A stretch of 64,000 nt of DNA from an uncultured Bacilli bacterium (GCA_944332525.1 CALVKD010000070.1:4014-68013), one strand, 5' to 3'; shown: positions 1 to 9,711, counted from the first letter of the stretch. Notes: generated by a model not told the origin, from the sequence alone. Numbers and translations: made by a program.

Positions 1-1239
1 TCTGAATATTCTTTGTTTGATGATAACTATTCAAACTTCTTTACTTTTTTAAGCATTGATGATTTTGAAAAATCCGGCGATGCGTATGTTCTTTCTGAGG
101 AAGCTAAAGCTGCTGTCTCTCCATACATCATCACCCAGCTTTATGGCAATCCTGGTTTTGAACTTGATTCACTAACAATTGAAGAGAGAAATGGCTCAAT
201 CTATTTAGTAACTACACCTAAGCCATTTGTTACTTCATCGACAACCTATAACTATATTTTTGAAAGTAAAATAGTCGAATTGGGAAGTGATATTACTATT
301 CCTAAAAGAGCTGAACCATATGCAGAAGTCACCGATGAAAAATTTACCGATATGATTACCTCATTAAGAAGCAAAAATTATAAAATGGTTCAAAAAGACT
401 ATCAAGGCAATCAGTTAGCTGCAACATCAACTTTCATCGTTAACGGCAATCTAACATACCGCGAAAACGAATTTGACGGAGTTAGTTATAAGGTTGCCGC
501 TTATAAAGATGGTGAGAATTATTACGAAGCAAATAAAGAAGGAACAGAATTCATTAAAGCGCGTCAAATCACTGCTGAGGAATTTTCAGCTTTATATTCT
601 TCATTTAACATTAGCCGCGCTTGCTTTGATGAAAGCGATGGAATATATACCGTCAAAGATGATGTTAACGGTGATACATTTGCTTATTCTATTTTCGCAT
701 CACTGGTCAATGAAATTAGCGATTTTAGTATTGAAATAAAAGATGGTTCATATATTTTTACAAACAAAAATGGAACAAATAAAACCGTTGTTGAATTTAC
801 TGATATTGGATCAGCAGATGTCGGATACCAAGTTTCTGATGTTAAAGAACCATCAGCAGAAGTATCTTGGAAAGATATTCTCGACGAATATTCTTTAGCT
901 AATCTCACATCGGTTTTAGGTGAAGAAAAACTCGCTTCTTTCCCAGTTCCAGAAGGATTTAATCTTGAAGGATGGATGGATTTTAGTGAAGAGGAAGGAA
1001 TGTCAATGCTTCTTTATATATCACCTGATCCAGTTGCAGATGAAAGCACATTAGCTGCTTATGAACAAAAATTAATAGCCGCTGGCTATCAAGACATGGG
1101 TGAAACTGACCCAAGTGCATATGATGCAAAGGTATACGCGGATGATTCGACTATCGTTGAAGTAGCATTAGTTCCAGCTGGAGAATTAGGAAGCGAATTT
1201 AATTTCCCAATTCTCATGATTGTCGTAGCAGCAATGTAA
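1..1239 (+). CDS. Hypothetical secreted/surface protein, 5' partial (frame is open to the window start; TTG at 13 is only the first in-window start). The C-terminus is hydrophobic (ILMIVVAAM), a possible membrane anchor.
   Basis: Long ORF with no in-frame stop upstream of position 13. Low-complexity Asp/Glu/Ser-rich surface-protein-like composition. No recognised catalytic motif. Confidence 0.45.
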   Translation, partial: SEYSLFDDNYSNFFTFLSIDDFEKSGDAYVLSEEAKAAVSPYIITQLYGNPGFELDSLTIEERNGSIYLVTTPKPFVTSSTTYNYIFESKIVELGSDITIPKRAEPYAEVTDEKFTDMITSLRSKNYKMVQKDYQGNQLAATSTFIVNGNLTYRENEFDGVSYKVAAYKDGENYYEANKEGTEFIKARQITAEEFSALYSSFNISRACFDESDGIYTVKDDVNGDTFAYSIFASLVNEISDFSIEIKDGSYIFTNKNGTNKTVVEFTDIGSADVGYQVSDVKEPSAEVSWKDILDEYSLANLTSVLGEEKLASFPVPEGFNLEGWMDFSEEEGMSMLLYISPDPVADESTLAAYEQKLIAAGYQDMGETDPSAYDAKVYADDSTIVEVALVPAGELGSEFNFPILMIVVAAM

Positions 1240-1242
1240 AAA

Positions 1243-1274
1243 ATAAAAGCTTAGCGATTTTGCTAAGCTTTTTA
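1243..1274. terminator. Bidirectional rho-independent terminator between two convergent genes
   Basis: 9-bp inverted repeat aagcttagc/gctaagctt with loop gatttt, flanked by an A-run upstream and a T-run downstream. Confidence 0.5.
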
Positions 1275-2030
1275 TATGATTAAATTAAAATATTTTACTA
1301 GGAATTTAGCTACCCCATCTTCATCATTACTATAATCAGAGATAGTTAAATCATTTTCAAAATATTTTGGATTGGCATTTTTCATAATAACTCCGATATT
1401 TGATATTTTTAGCATTCCAATATCGCCAGCATCATCGCCAAAAGAAATAACATCTTTAACATCACGTTTTAACATTTTCAATAAATTGAGCAATCCTTTA
1501 TCTTTTCCCGTATCGAAATGACGAAAAACTTTATAAGTAGAATCATAGTATGATACATAATCTAAATGATGTTTTTTGGCAATCTTAAATGCATCAATAT
1601 CTTGATTAATGTCACATAAAATTTTATATGCATCATAAGGAAATTCATTTTTAAAATCGAAACGGATAGGATGCTGCTTTAGGAATTTATCTGAATCAGT
1701 ATAAAGATTATCTAGTGTTTGAACAGCAGCAAACTTACTAACGCTTTCAATATCTGCAACGATTGCTGACACATACTGATGTTCAATTGGTTTAAGAAAA
1801 ATATTTTTACCATTTTTATCAACGATTTGCGCTCCGCCATTAACAATAGAATAATCAGGTTTAATAAAATCGATGATATTCATCGCAAAAGGATAGCTGC
1901 GCGCGGTATTCACGACCAAAATATGTCCTTGATTTTTTAGCTTTGTAAGCACCTTTGAAGTATATTGACTTACTTCACCATAATCATTAAGCAATGTTGA
2001 ATCTAAATCGAAAACAATAATTTTATTCAT
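1272..2030 (-). CDS. Cof-type HAD-IIB family hydrolase (sugar-phosphate phosphatase)
   Basis: N-terminal FDLDSTL (HAD motif I DxD), size ~250 aa, and a C-terminal GDxxxD-like motif (FGDDAGD). Confidence 0.7.
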   Translation of the reverse strand: MNKIIVFDLDSTLLNDYGEVSQYTSKVLTKLKNQGHILVVNTARSYPFAMNIIDFIKPDYSIVNGGAQIVDKNGKNIFLKPIEHQYVSAIVADIESVSKFAAVQTLDNLYTDSDKFLKQHPIRFDFKNEFPYDAYKILCDINQDIDAFKIAKKHHLDYVSYYDSTYKVFRHFDTGKDKGLLNLLKMLKRDVKDVISFGDDAGDIGMLKISNIGVIMKNANPKYFENDLTISDYSNDEDGVAKFLVKYFNLII

Positions 2031-2159
2031 AATTTCACCTTTAAAATTATATCTGTTATTCTTTCTTAAGCAAAGAAAAAGAAAATATTAAACCAATTAA
2101 ATAAAAATAAAATGGACGCAAAGCACATTTAATTTGAAAATAGATTATTTATAATCTAT

Positions 2160-2372
2160 AATATGTCAGTAATCCAAGACGAAGCTAAGGAATTTTATCT
2201 TTCTATCAGAGACTGCTAGTTGATGTGAATGCAGAGAAAGCTATTTCCAAGCCACTTCCGAGATTCTAGTTAATCCTAGCGGTGAGGATCCGTTATCCCT
2301 CAAAATCAAGAGCATCAAAAGATGAATCAGGATGGTACCGCGGTAATTCGTTCCTGAAGGTGCTTTTTTTAT
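2160..2372 (+). promoter_or_regulatory. T-box leader (tRNA-Ala specifier) controlling alaS
   Basis: Conserved T-box sequence aatcaGGATGGTACCGCGG at 2325-2343. Upstream stem I carries an AGAGA bulge and a specifier loop CUGCUAguuga (GCU = Ala codon at 2214-2216). T-run at 2363-2370 lies immediately before the alaS RBS (aaaaggag). Confidence 0.65.
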
Positions 2373-2390
2373 TGTTTAAAAGGAGAAAAC

Positions 2391-5012
2391 ATGCGTAATT
2401 TAAAAAGTTATGAAATCCGTAATATGTGGCTGAACTTTTTCAAAAGCAAAGGTCACTACATCGAGCCAAGCGCTAATTTGATTCCGCAAAACGATCCAAC
2501 TCTTCTTTGGATCAATTCCGGCGTTGCCGCTTTAAAGAAATACTTTGATGGCTCTGAAGTACCTCCATATACAAGAATTACCAACGCTCAAAAATCCATT
2601 AGAACCAACGATATTGAAAACGTTGGTAAAACTGCTCGTCACCACACATTTTTTGAAATGCTCGGTAATTTCTCTATCGGAGATTATTTCCGTAATGAAG
2701 TTATTCCTTGGGCTTTTGAGCTTTTAACTAGTGAAAAATATTTTGGTATTCCACTAGAAAAACTCTATATTACCTATCACCCAAGCGATAAAGATACCTA
2801 CAATCTTTGGATTAAGATGGGTGTAATACCTTCTCACTTAGTTCCAAGTGAACACAATTTCTGGGAAATCGGTGAAGGACCATGCGGACCGAACACTGAA
2901 ATGTATTATGACCGCGGAGAAAAATATGATCCTGAGCATTTAGGTGAAAAATTAATTTTTGAAGATTTGGAAAATGATCGTTATATCGAATTATGGAATA
3001 TCGTCTTTTCCCAATATAATGCTGAAATTGGCAAAAAGAGAGAAGAATACAAAGAGCTTCCTCATAAAAACATTGATACCGGTGCAGGTCTAGAAAGATT
3101 ATGCTGCATTTTCCAAGATACTGAAACAAACTTTGAAACCGACTTATTCTATCCTTATATCGAAGAAGTTGCTAAATATGCTTCTCATCCATATGAAGGT
3201 GAATATAAAATGGCTTACCGCGTTATTGCTGATCACATTAGAGCTTGTACATTTGCTTTATCTGATGGAGCAACCTTCTCTAATGAAGGACGCGGATATG
3301 TCCTAAGAAGATTACTTAGAAGAGCTTCTAGATATTTAAGAAAACTCGGGATTACTAAACCATTCTTATACACATTGGTCCACTTAGTTACTTTAGTTAT
3401 GGAGGACTACTATCCAGAATTAAAAGAAAGCGAAGAAAAAGTTGCTAAAATGATTAAATTTGAAGAAGAGAAATTCCAAAAGACCCTTTCTTCAGGCGAA
3501 GCAATTTTAAATGAATTTATTTCAGAAGCTAAAAAGAATAACTCAACAATGCTAAGCGGTAAAGAAGTTTTCAAACTTTATGATACCTATGGTTTCCCAT
3601 TTGAATTAACCAAAGAAATCGCTTCAGAAAATAATCTAGAAGTTGATGAAAAAGGCTTTGAAGAAGAAATGGAAAAGCAAAAAGAAAGAGCCCGTGCATC
3701 TAGAGGAAATCTTCAATCAATGTCTAGCCAGATGATTGATTTAATGAACTTTAAAGAACCATCGGAATTTACTTATGATGAAGCTCCATTAAAAGCAAAA
3801 GTCATCGGTTTATTCAAAGACGGAGTTAAAGTTTCATCTCTTGATGAAGACGGAGAAGTTATCTTTGATAAAACCAACTTCTACGCGACAAGCGGCGGAC
3901 AAGAGCACGATGAAGGCGTTATTGAGAACTCAACAACTCGTGCATTAGTTAATAACGTTATCAAATCAGTTAATAAACAACATCTCCATTTCGTCCATGT
4001 CGAATATGGTGAAATTAAAGTCGGTGATGAATTCACCTTATCAATTGACACAAAGAGACGTGACATGACTAAGAGAAATCACTCTTGCACACACTTATTA
4101 CAAAAAGCTCTGCAAGTTGTTCTCGGCGATGATGTTCACCAAGAAGGTTCTTATAACTGCGCTGATTATCTCCGCTTTGACTTCAACTATCAAGGTAAGA
4201 TATCCGAGCAAATGCTTAATCAAATCGAATTATTAGTTAATCAATATATCGAAGAAGGTTTACCTTGCAATATTGCTTACTATAGTAAAGAAGAAGCATC
4301 TAAGCTCAACGCGATGCACTTATTTAATGAAAAATATGGTTCAACTATTAGAGTTGTTTCCTTCGGTGATGTTTCAAGTGAATTCTGTGCTGGCGCCCAT
4401 GTTACTTCAAGTAAAGATATCGGTGTCTTCACCATCACAAGCGAACAAGCCATCGCAGCCGGTATTAGAAGAATTGAAGGTAAAACATCTTTCAAGGCTT
4501 ATGAAGAATTAAAGAAAAAAGCAATCGCTCTTTCTGAAGCAAGCGATAAATTAAAAGCTGGATCATTAAGTGACGTCAATAAAAAGATTGATGAATTGTT
4601 AAATAAAGAAAGTTCTTTAAGAAAAGAAATCACTGCTTTACAAGAGAAAATTGCTGCCTATAAGAGTAAAGAATTAAAAGAAAACTTTATCGATTGCGGT
4701 GATCATCATTTATTAGTCTATCGCTTCGATAATATTGATAACAAAGCTTTCATGGCTACCTTTGATACCTTAAAGAATGTCCACGATGATTACGTCATTC
4801 TCTTAGCTAATGCTAATAATGATAAAATATCCTTTGTTTCTGGTGTTGCTAGCAAATTAACTGATAAATACCAAGCAGGAAATATCGTTAAGAGAGCTGC
4901 TTCATTAACTAATGGCTCTGGCGGAGGACGTAAAGAAATGGCTCAAGGCGGAGGAAAAGATATTTCCAAGCTCGATGAATGCTTAAAATTTATAGCCGAG
5001 GAATTAAAGTAA
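2391..5012 (+). CDS. alaS: Alanine--tRNA ligase
   Basis: 873 aa; class II aaRS motifs. Zn-binding editing domain HxxxH...CxxxH (HSCTHLL...CAGAHV). C-terminal DHHA1-like GGGR/GGGK motifs. Confidence 0.95.
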   Translation: MRNLKSYEIRNMWLNFFKSKGHYIEPSANLIPQNDPTLLWINSGVAALKKYFDGSEVPPYTRITNAQKSIRTNDIENVGKTARHHTFFEMLGNFSIGDYFRNEVIPWAFELLTSEKYFGIPLEKLYITYHPSDKDTYNLWIKMGVIPSHLVPSEHNFWEIGEGPCGPNTEMYYDRGEKYDPEHLGEKLIFEDLENDRYIELWNIVFSQYNAEIGKKREEYKELPHKNIDTGAGLERLCCIFQDTETNFETDLFYPYIEEVAKYASHPYEGEYKMAYRVIADHIRACTFALSDGATFSNEGRGYVLRRLLRRASRYLRKLGITKPFLYTLVHLVTLVMEDYYPELKESEEKVAKMIKFEEEKFQKTLSSGEAILNEFISEAKKNNSTMLSGKEVFKLYDTYGFPFELTKEIASENNLEVDEKGFEEEMEKQKERARASRGNLQSMSSQMIDLMNFKEPSEFTYDEAPLKAKVIGLFKDGVKVSSLDEDGEVIFDKTNFYATSGGQEHDEGVIENSTTRALVNNVIKSVNKQHLHFVHVEYGEIKVGDEFTLSIDTKRRDMTKRNHSCTHLLQKALQVVLGDDVHQEGSYNCADYLRFDFNYQGKISEQMLNQIELLVNQYIEEGLPCNIAYYSKEEASKLNAMHLFNEKYGSTIRVVSFGDVSSEFCAGAHVTSSKDIGVFTITSEQAIAAGIRRIEGKTSFKAYEELKKKAIALSEASDKLKAGSLSDVNKKIDELLNKESSLRKEITALQEKIAAYKSKELKENFIDCGDHHLLVYRFDNIDNKAFMATFDTLKNVHDDYVILLANANNDKISFVSGVASKLTDKYQAGNIVKRAASLTNGSGGGRKEMAQGGGKDISKLDECLKFIAEELK

Positions 5013-5428
5013 TGAAATGTCTCGGTTTAGACTTAGGTGAAAAAACCTTAGGCATTGCTGAATCTGACGAACTCGGAATCATCGCCTCTGGATTAGAAAA
5101 TTTCCGTTTTGAAGAAAAAGACTATCAAAAAGCTCTTGAAAGAACTTTATATTATATCGACCGCGATCACATTAAAGAAGTCGCATTAGGATTGCCTCTT
5201 CATATGTCAGGCGAAGAATCTGAGCATTCATTATTAGCCCGCGAATTTAAAAAGATGATTGAAAACGAAAGAAAAGATGTTAAAGTAGTCTTAGTTGATG
5301 AACGCTGGACTACTAAACAAGCGACACGTTTTCTTCTCGAAGCTGATTTATCTCGCAAAAAAAGAAAAAAAGTCATTGATAAGATGGCCGCGGTTGTTAT
5401 ACTAGAAACATACTTAAAGATGAGGTAA
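5012..5428 (+). CDS. ruvX: Putative pre-16S rRNA nuclease / Holliday-junction resolvase-like YqgF
   Basis: N-terminal GLDLGEKTLGIA (RNase H-like YqgF signature). ATG overlaps the alaS stop by 1 nt (taATG). The listed ORF start at 4979 is probably upstream read-through. Confidence 0.85.
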   Translation: MKCLGLDLGEKTLGIAESDELGIIASGLENFRFEEKDYQKALERTLYYIDRDHIKEVALGLPLHMSGEESEHSLLAREFKKMIENERKDVKVVLVDERWTTKQATRFLLEADLSRKKRKKVIDKMAAVVILETYLKMR

Positions 5429-5431
5429 ACT

Positions 5432-5692
5432 ATGGAAAAAGAAGGAAATAAAGTTTATTTTACCGATGAAAAAGGACAAACAACAGTCCTTAATATCCTC
5501 TTTACTTACGACAACAAAGAAAGAAATAAAGAATACGTTTTCTTTTATAGCGAAGAGGAACCAGATAATATCATCGTTGGCTATCTCGGAGATAACGGGG
5601 AAATTCTTGATATCTACGATGATGAAGAATATGATGAATTAGAAGACGTTCTCGCCCATTACGAGAAAGATCAAGAGAAAAAGGAAGGATAA
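5432..5692 (+). CDS. DUF1292-family small acidic protein (conserved partner of ruvX in Firmicutes)
   Basis: 86 aa, Asp/Glu-rich, positioned between ruvX and greA as in many Firmicutes. Confidence 0.65.
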   Translation: MEKEGNKVYFTDEKGQTTVLNILFTYDNKERNKEYVFFYSEEEPDNIIVGYLGDNGEILDIYDDEEYDELEDVLAHYEKDQEKKEG

Positions 5693-5694
5693 AT

Positions 5695-6165
5695 ATGGCT
5701 AATCAAGAAGAAATCAAATTAACTAAAGAAGGTATTGAAAAGTTCCAACAAGAATTACGTCACCTTATCGATGTCGAAAGACCAAAGGTTACAAGAGAAA
5801 TCAAAGAAGCTAAAGAGCAAGGCGACTTATCAGAAAACTCTGATTACGATGCCGCGAGAACACGTCAAAGCGAAATTGAAGCAAGAATCGCTTATCTCCA
5901 AAACGCATTAATTCACGCTACAGAGATTAAAGCTACTGATAGCAGCGTTGTTGGACTTGGTTCAACTGTCGTTGTTAAAATGCTTGATATCGATGTTGAA
6001 GAAACTTATAAAATTGTCGGACCTGCTGAAGCTGATCCAGAAAACGGAAAAATTTCTAATGCTTGCGTTTTAGCAACAGCCATTATGGGTCACAAGGTTG
6101 GCGAACGCGTTCACGTTAAAGCCAGTGAACCTTACGATGTTGAAATCGTAAAAATCGGTAAATAG
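5695..6165 (+). CDS. greA: Transcription elongation factor GreA
   Basis: 156 aa; N-terminal coiled coil with conserved acidic DxxE-like tip (EQGDLSENSDYD); C-terminal FKBP-like domain. Confidence 0.9.
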   Translation: MANQEEIKLTKEGIEKFQQELRHLIDVERPKVTREIKEAKEQGDLSENSDYDAARTRQSEIEARIAYLQNALIHATEIKATDSSVVGLGSTVVVKMLDIDVEETYKIVGPAEADPENGKISNACVLATAIMGHKVGERVHVKASEPYDVEIVKIGK

Positions 6166-6219
6166 TTATTTTGCGAAGAAAATAGCAATATTTACGAATT
6201 GCAAATAAATTATAGAAAA

Positions 6220-6250
6220 TCTCTCTTAATAATAAAAGAGAGGTTTTTTT
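6220..6250 (+). terminator. Rho-independent terminator after greA whose 3' arm doubles as the RBS of the next gene
   Basis: Inverted repeat ctctctt/aagagag (loop aataataa) followed by gttttttt, then ATG at 6251. Confidence 0.5.
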
Positions 6251-7270
6251 ATGATAAAAAATATTTATTTAATGATGTTATTTCCTTTTGTCTTAGTATC
6301 TTGTAGTAACCAACAAGCACCAGAACATAGTTTAATTTTAAAAGAGAATACACTTTGCAAATCTCATATCCAAAATTATTATGAATGCAGTAAATGCCAT
6401 AAATTTTTTTTGGATTCTAATGCTGAACAAGAATTAACAATCAAAGACATTGATCATAATTATATTTACTCATTTTCTGATACTGATGATGGTGGTCAAA
6501 AAAATGGAACCTGTCAGTATTGTGAAAATAATTATTCTTCTAGAGATTTGCCTATGTTTAATAAAAAAACGTATGTTACTGATTCAGAAATAGCAATACC
6601 ATATCGCGAATACGTTCCAATAAATATTCACGAAAAAGTTCCTTTGATTTTATTTTTACATGGATCAGGAGAAAGAGGAAATGACAATGTATCGCAATTA
6701 AAGAATTGTATTAAAGAGCCATTTAAACAAGGAAATCAAGACTTTTTCAATTCAATTGTAATTGCTCCTCAATGTCCATCAGCACCTTCGCAGTGGGTAA
6801 ATTGGGATTGGTCTAATGGAAATTACAATTTAAAAGACATATCAGAATCTAAAGTTTTAGATGGTGTTTTTAATTTAATTAAAAACTATTCAAAAAAAAG
6901 TATTGTAGATACTTCGCGTATTTATATTATTGGTTTATCAATGGGTGGAATCGGCGTTTGGGATTTAATCGCTCGCCATCAAGACTTTTTTGCTGCTGCA
7001 GTGCCAATTTGCGGAGGTGGAGCTCTCGACTGTATTGAAATTTATAAGCAAATTCCTATTTATTGTTTTCATGGAGAAGACGATTCTACAGTTCCATATG
7101 AAAAGTCAACCAAGATTATGTACGAAAAAATTAAATCTGCTGGGGGCAATTTAATTAAATTCGTTTCATTTCCAAATCAGGGACATGGGATATGGAACAA
7201 TGCAATTACTTTTTCAGGAGATAATAATAATCCTCCTTTATCAGAATGGTTATTTTCTCAATCTAGGTAA
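6251..7270 (+). CDS. Lipoprotein alpha/beta-hydrolase (esterase / polymer-depolymerase family) with an N-terminal Cys-rich CxxC...CxxC module
   Basis: Signal peptide plus lipobox (LVSC). GLSMGG nucleophile elbow (GxSxG). HG oxyanion-hole motif (LHGSGERG). Two CxxC pairs near the N-terminus. Confidence 0.6.
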   Translation: MIKNIYLMMLFPFVLVSCSNQQAPEHSLILKENTLCKSHIQNYYECSKCHKFFLDSNAEQELTIKDIDHNYIYSFSDTDDGGQKNGTCQYCENNYSSRDLPMFNKKTYVTDSEIAIPYREYVPINIHEKVPLILFLHGSGERGNDNVSQLKNCIKEPFKQGNQDFFNSIVIAPQCPSAPSQWVNWDWSNGNYNLKDISESKVLDGVFNLIKNYSKKSIVDTSRIYIIGLSMGGIGVWDLIARHQDFFAAAVPICGGGALDCIEIYKQIPIYCFHGEDDSTVPYEKSTKIMYEKIKSAGGNLIKFVSFPNQGHGIWNNAITFSGDNNNPPLSEWLFSQSR

Positions 7271-7470
7271 GCGCTTACGTAATAGATTTAGGCATATACG
7301 AAATACTAAAAACTTTTTATATGCCAAATTTTATCATCTAATTACAAAATATGAACCTGTTTGGTGAAAACGGACTCGTAAATAAAAAGCACATCAGATT
7401 ACAAAATCATAATGTGCTTCTTTATAAACGGTCCGAATTAATCAAACACGTTCTATAGTGAGGTTTTATT

Positions 7471-7611
7471 ATGGAAAGAAAAAAATATACTACTCCCGAA
7501 ATAAGCGTTTGCAATTTAATTCTTGATGATATAATTGCTGTATCTTCAGTAGATACCGAAAAAGACATTTTTGATTTTGATGATGCTTTTGAAGATGTAT
7601 TCACCAAATAA
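7471..7611 (+). CDS. Small acidic peptide (46 aa) MERKKYTTPEISVCNLILDDIIAVSSVDTEKDIFDFDDAFEDVFTK; candidate signalling/precursor peptide
   Basis: Not in the supplied ORF track (below the size cutoff). RBS tgagg 8 nt upstream of ATG. Single Cys followed by four hydrophobic residues (C-NLIL), then an acidic tail. Lies 17 nt upstream of the first CBM-repeat protein gene. Confidence 0.35.
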   Translation: MERKKYTTPEISVCNLILDDIIAVSSVDTEKDIFDFDDAFEDVFTK

Positions 7612-7627
7612 TGATCGGAGATAATTT

Positions 7628-9628
7628 ATGAAAAAATCAAATTTATTATTATCCTTTTTAGCCTTATCGTCAATTTTTTGCCTATCCTCTTCAATCATCT
7701 ATAATTCATCCAATGCTAATAATATTTCGTTTACGGAGAAATATCTCAAAGAAGGCCCTACTGATTTATTTAATTCTGAAGAAGCCACAAAAATTTCGCA
7801 AATCAGTGAGTATGACAAATTAGATGCTAGTAAAATTTATACTCAATTTGCCTTTAATTCAAACGATAATTGTTATTATTTACGTTTTGCAGTTGCAGTA
7901 AAAGGAAACATACAAAAAATAATATTCACGCGAAGTATAACTTATAATGATCAAACTGCTAAAAAAGACTTTGAAGTTTCAACCATTTACGCCGGAATAA
8001 AAGCTAATGGCACAACTACCTATTATGATGGTTCAAATATTACAAGCGACGAGAATTATCGGGGTGATTATTATTGGGCATGCTACACAGCAAAATACAC
8101 TAGTTCCGAATTAATGAATGTTGATTTAAATGTTTCGGTAACTATTAATGAATCAGAATACTTTGATTCCAAAGTTATTTCACTTTTTGATGTTGTTAGT
8201 CAAACAGCCTATTTAATGGAAAATGAAAGTATAAAATACGAAGCCGAAGACATGATTAACGAAACCATTGTTGGTAAAATCGAATCTAGTAATGATGCAT
8301 CTAATGGAAAATTAATAGGTTCTTTGCAAGGATCTGATACATTGCAGTTTAATCATGTATCAGAGGCAAACAAAAAATATGTCATGAAAATTGCCGCAAC
8401 AACAAAAGGCAATATATCAGAAAACGCTTTTACAGCTTTTGCAAATAACAAAGAAATCGGTACAATCTCTATTGATAATAGGAACAATTGGACTGGAAAT
8501 TTTTATGAATATTACGCAGGTACAATTTCTATTAACAATGGTGATAACTCCATTAAAATTCAAAGAAACAACACCGGAAATCTTGATTATTTTACGCTTG
8601 ACAGCTATCTTGAATTGCCGTCAGAAAAAACATCTAGTCAAGTATATGAAGTTCATTCATTTACTTATCAAAATGTTTTATTGAAATTAAATGGTCATTC
8701 AAATGATTCATCAACTACAATATTAGAAGTCAATGGAGAAAGTACAACTGATGGTTCGCTGATTAATCTGAAACCTGGTCTCAATGAAATTTCCATAATT
8801 ACCGGTAATGAAAATATAGATTCAATTTCACTGACACATTATAATTCTCAGCAAAACTATGATAAAAACAAACTCATCATCGAAGCAGAAGATGGAATAA
8901 CAACATCTAAAGTTACTCCGCATAATAATTATTCAGGTACATTAGGACTTGATAGTTATAACGGAACAACATACCTTCCAATTAATTTAGATGATACTTC
9001 TTATTCAAAAATTTCAATTCTATATTCTTGTTATAATTCTATTGATGAATCACAAGATTACCTCGACTTATATATTAATAATACATTAGTTGATTCTTCT
9101 ACTGTGTTGAATATTGGTACTTGGGATTATACATCAATCCTTTCTATCGACAATATTAAAGAATATCTTCATAATGGTGACAATGTTATTGCTATAAAAG
9201 CTAAAAAAAATAATATTTTTAATCTTGATGCTGTGCTTCTATCTGAACCAACGACATTTCAAGGAGCAATTAGCGAAACATATTCTGTTCTTGATGCTAC
9301 TTTAGCTAAAGGGAGATTGACGACCGGATTTACGAGAATAGAAAATATCAGCGGTAATATACAATACAATATCAATAGCATAGCGACACAAGCTGAAATA
9401 CAAATCAATTATGCAGCTAATGGCGATAAATTTGAAGGATACCAAATTATTGTTAATGATGAAATAATTGCTTCAGTTGATGTAGTTTCTACTGGCGGAT
9501 GGGGCACTTTCAAATCTTCACCATCATTTAAAATTAATCTTAAAGAAGGAAATAACACAATAATTATAAAATATATAAATGGCGGTTATAATTTTCAAGA
9601 TTTAACAATTAATCCTCTTGCAGCCTAA
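7628..9628 (+). CDS. Secreted protein with tandem CBM6/CBM35-like beta-sandwich modules
   Basis: N-terminal signal peptide. Repeated module starts (KYEAEDM..., IIEAEDG...) and ends (LDYFTLDSY, NGGYNFQDLTINP) matching the IEAE...NxDYI pattern typical of CBM6/35-type modules. Confidence 0.6.
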   Translation: MKKSNLLLSFLALSSIFCLSSSIIYNSSNANNISFTEKYLKEGPTDLFNSEEATKISQISEYDKLDASKIYTQFAFNSNDNCYYLRFAVAVKGNIQKIIFTRSITYNDQTAKKDFEVSTIYAGIKANGTTTYYDGSNITSDENYRGDYYWACYTAKYTSSELMNVDLNVSVTINESEYFDSKVISLFDVVSQTAYLMENESIKYEAEDMINETIVGKIESSNDASNGKLIGSLQGSDTLQFNHVSEANKKYVMKIAATTKGNISENAFTAFANNKEIGTISIDNRNNWTGNFYEYYAGTISINNGDNSIKIQRNNTGNLDYFTLDSYLELPSEKTSSQVYEVHSFTYQNVLLKLNGHSNDSSTTILEVNGESTTDGSLINLKPGLNEISIITGNENIDSISLTHYNSQQNYDKNKLIIEAEDGITTSKVTPHNNYSGTLGLDSYNGTTYLPINLDDTSYSKISILYSCYNSIDESQDYLDLYINNTLVDSSTVLNIGTWDYTSILSIDNIKEYLHNGDNVIAIKAKKNNIFNLDAVLLSEPTTFQGAISETYSVLDATLAKGRLTTGFTRIENISGNIQYNINSIATQAEIQINYAANGDKFEGYQIIVNDEIIASVDVVSTGGWGTFKSSPSFKINLKEGNNTIIIKYINGGYNFQDLTINPLAA

Positions 9629-9636
9629 TAATTTGA

Positions 9637-9672
9637 AGATAGCTACATATATAGCTATCTTCTTATTTATTT
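9637..9672 (+). terminator. Rho-independent terminator
   Basis: Perfect 9-bp inverted repeat agatagcta/tagctatct (loop catata) followed by tcttatttattt. Confidence 0.55.
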
Positions 9673-9711
9673 AATTGATATCCTAGAATACGATAAGTAT
9701 AATGAGGTATA

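Noticed and set aside
2545-4512. Several 60-105-aa ORFs inside or antisense to alaS
   Set aside because: They are fully embedded in a highly conserved coding gene. They are alternative-frame artefacts.
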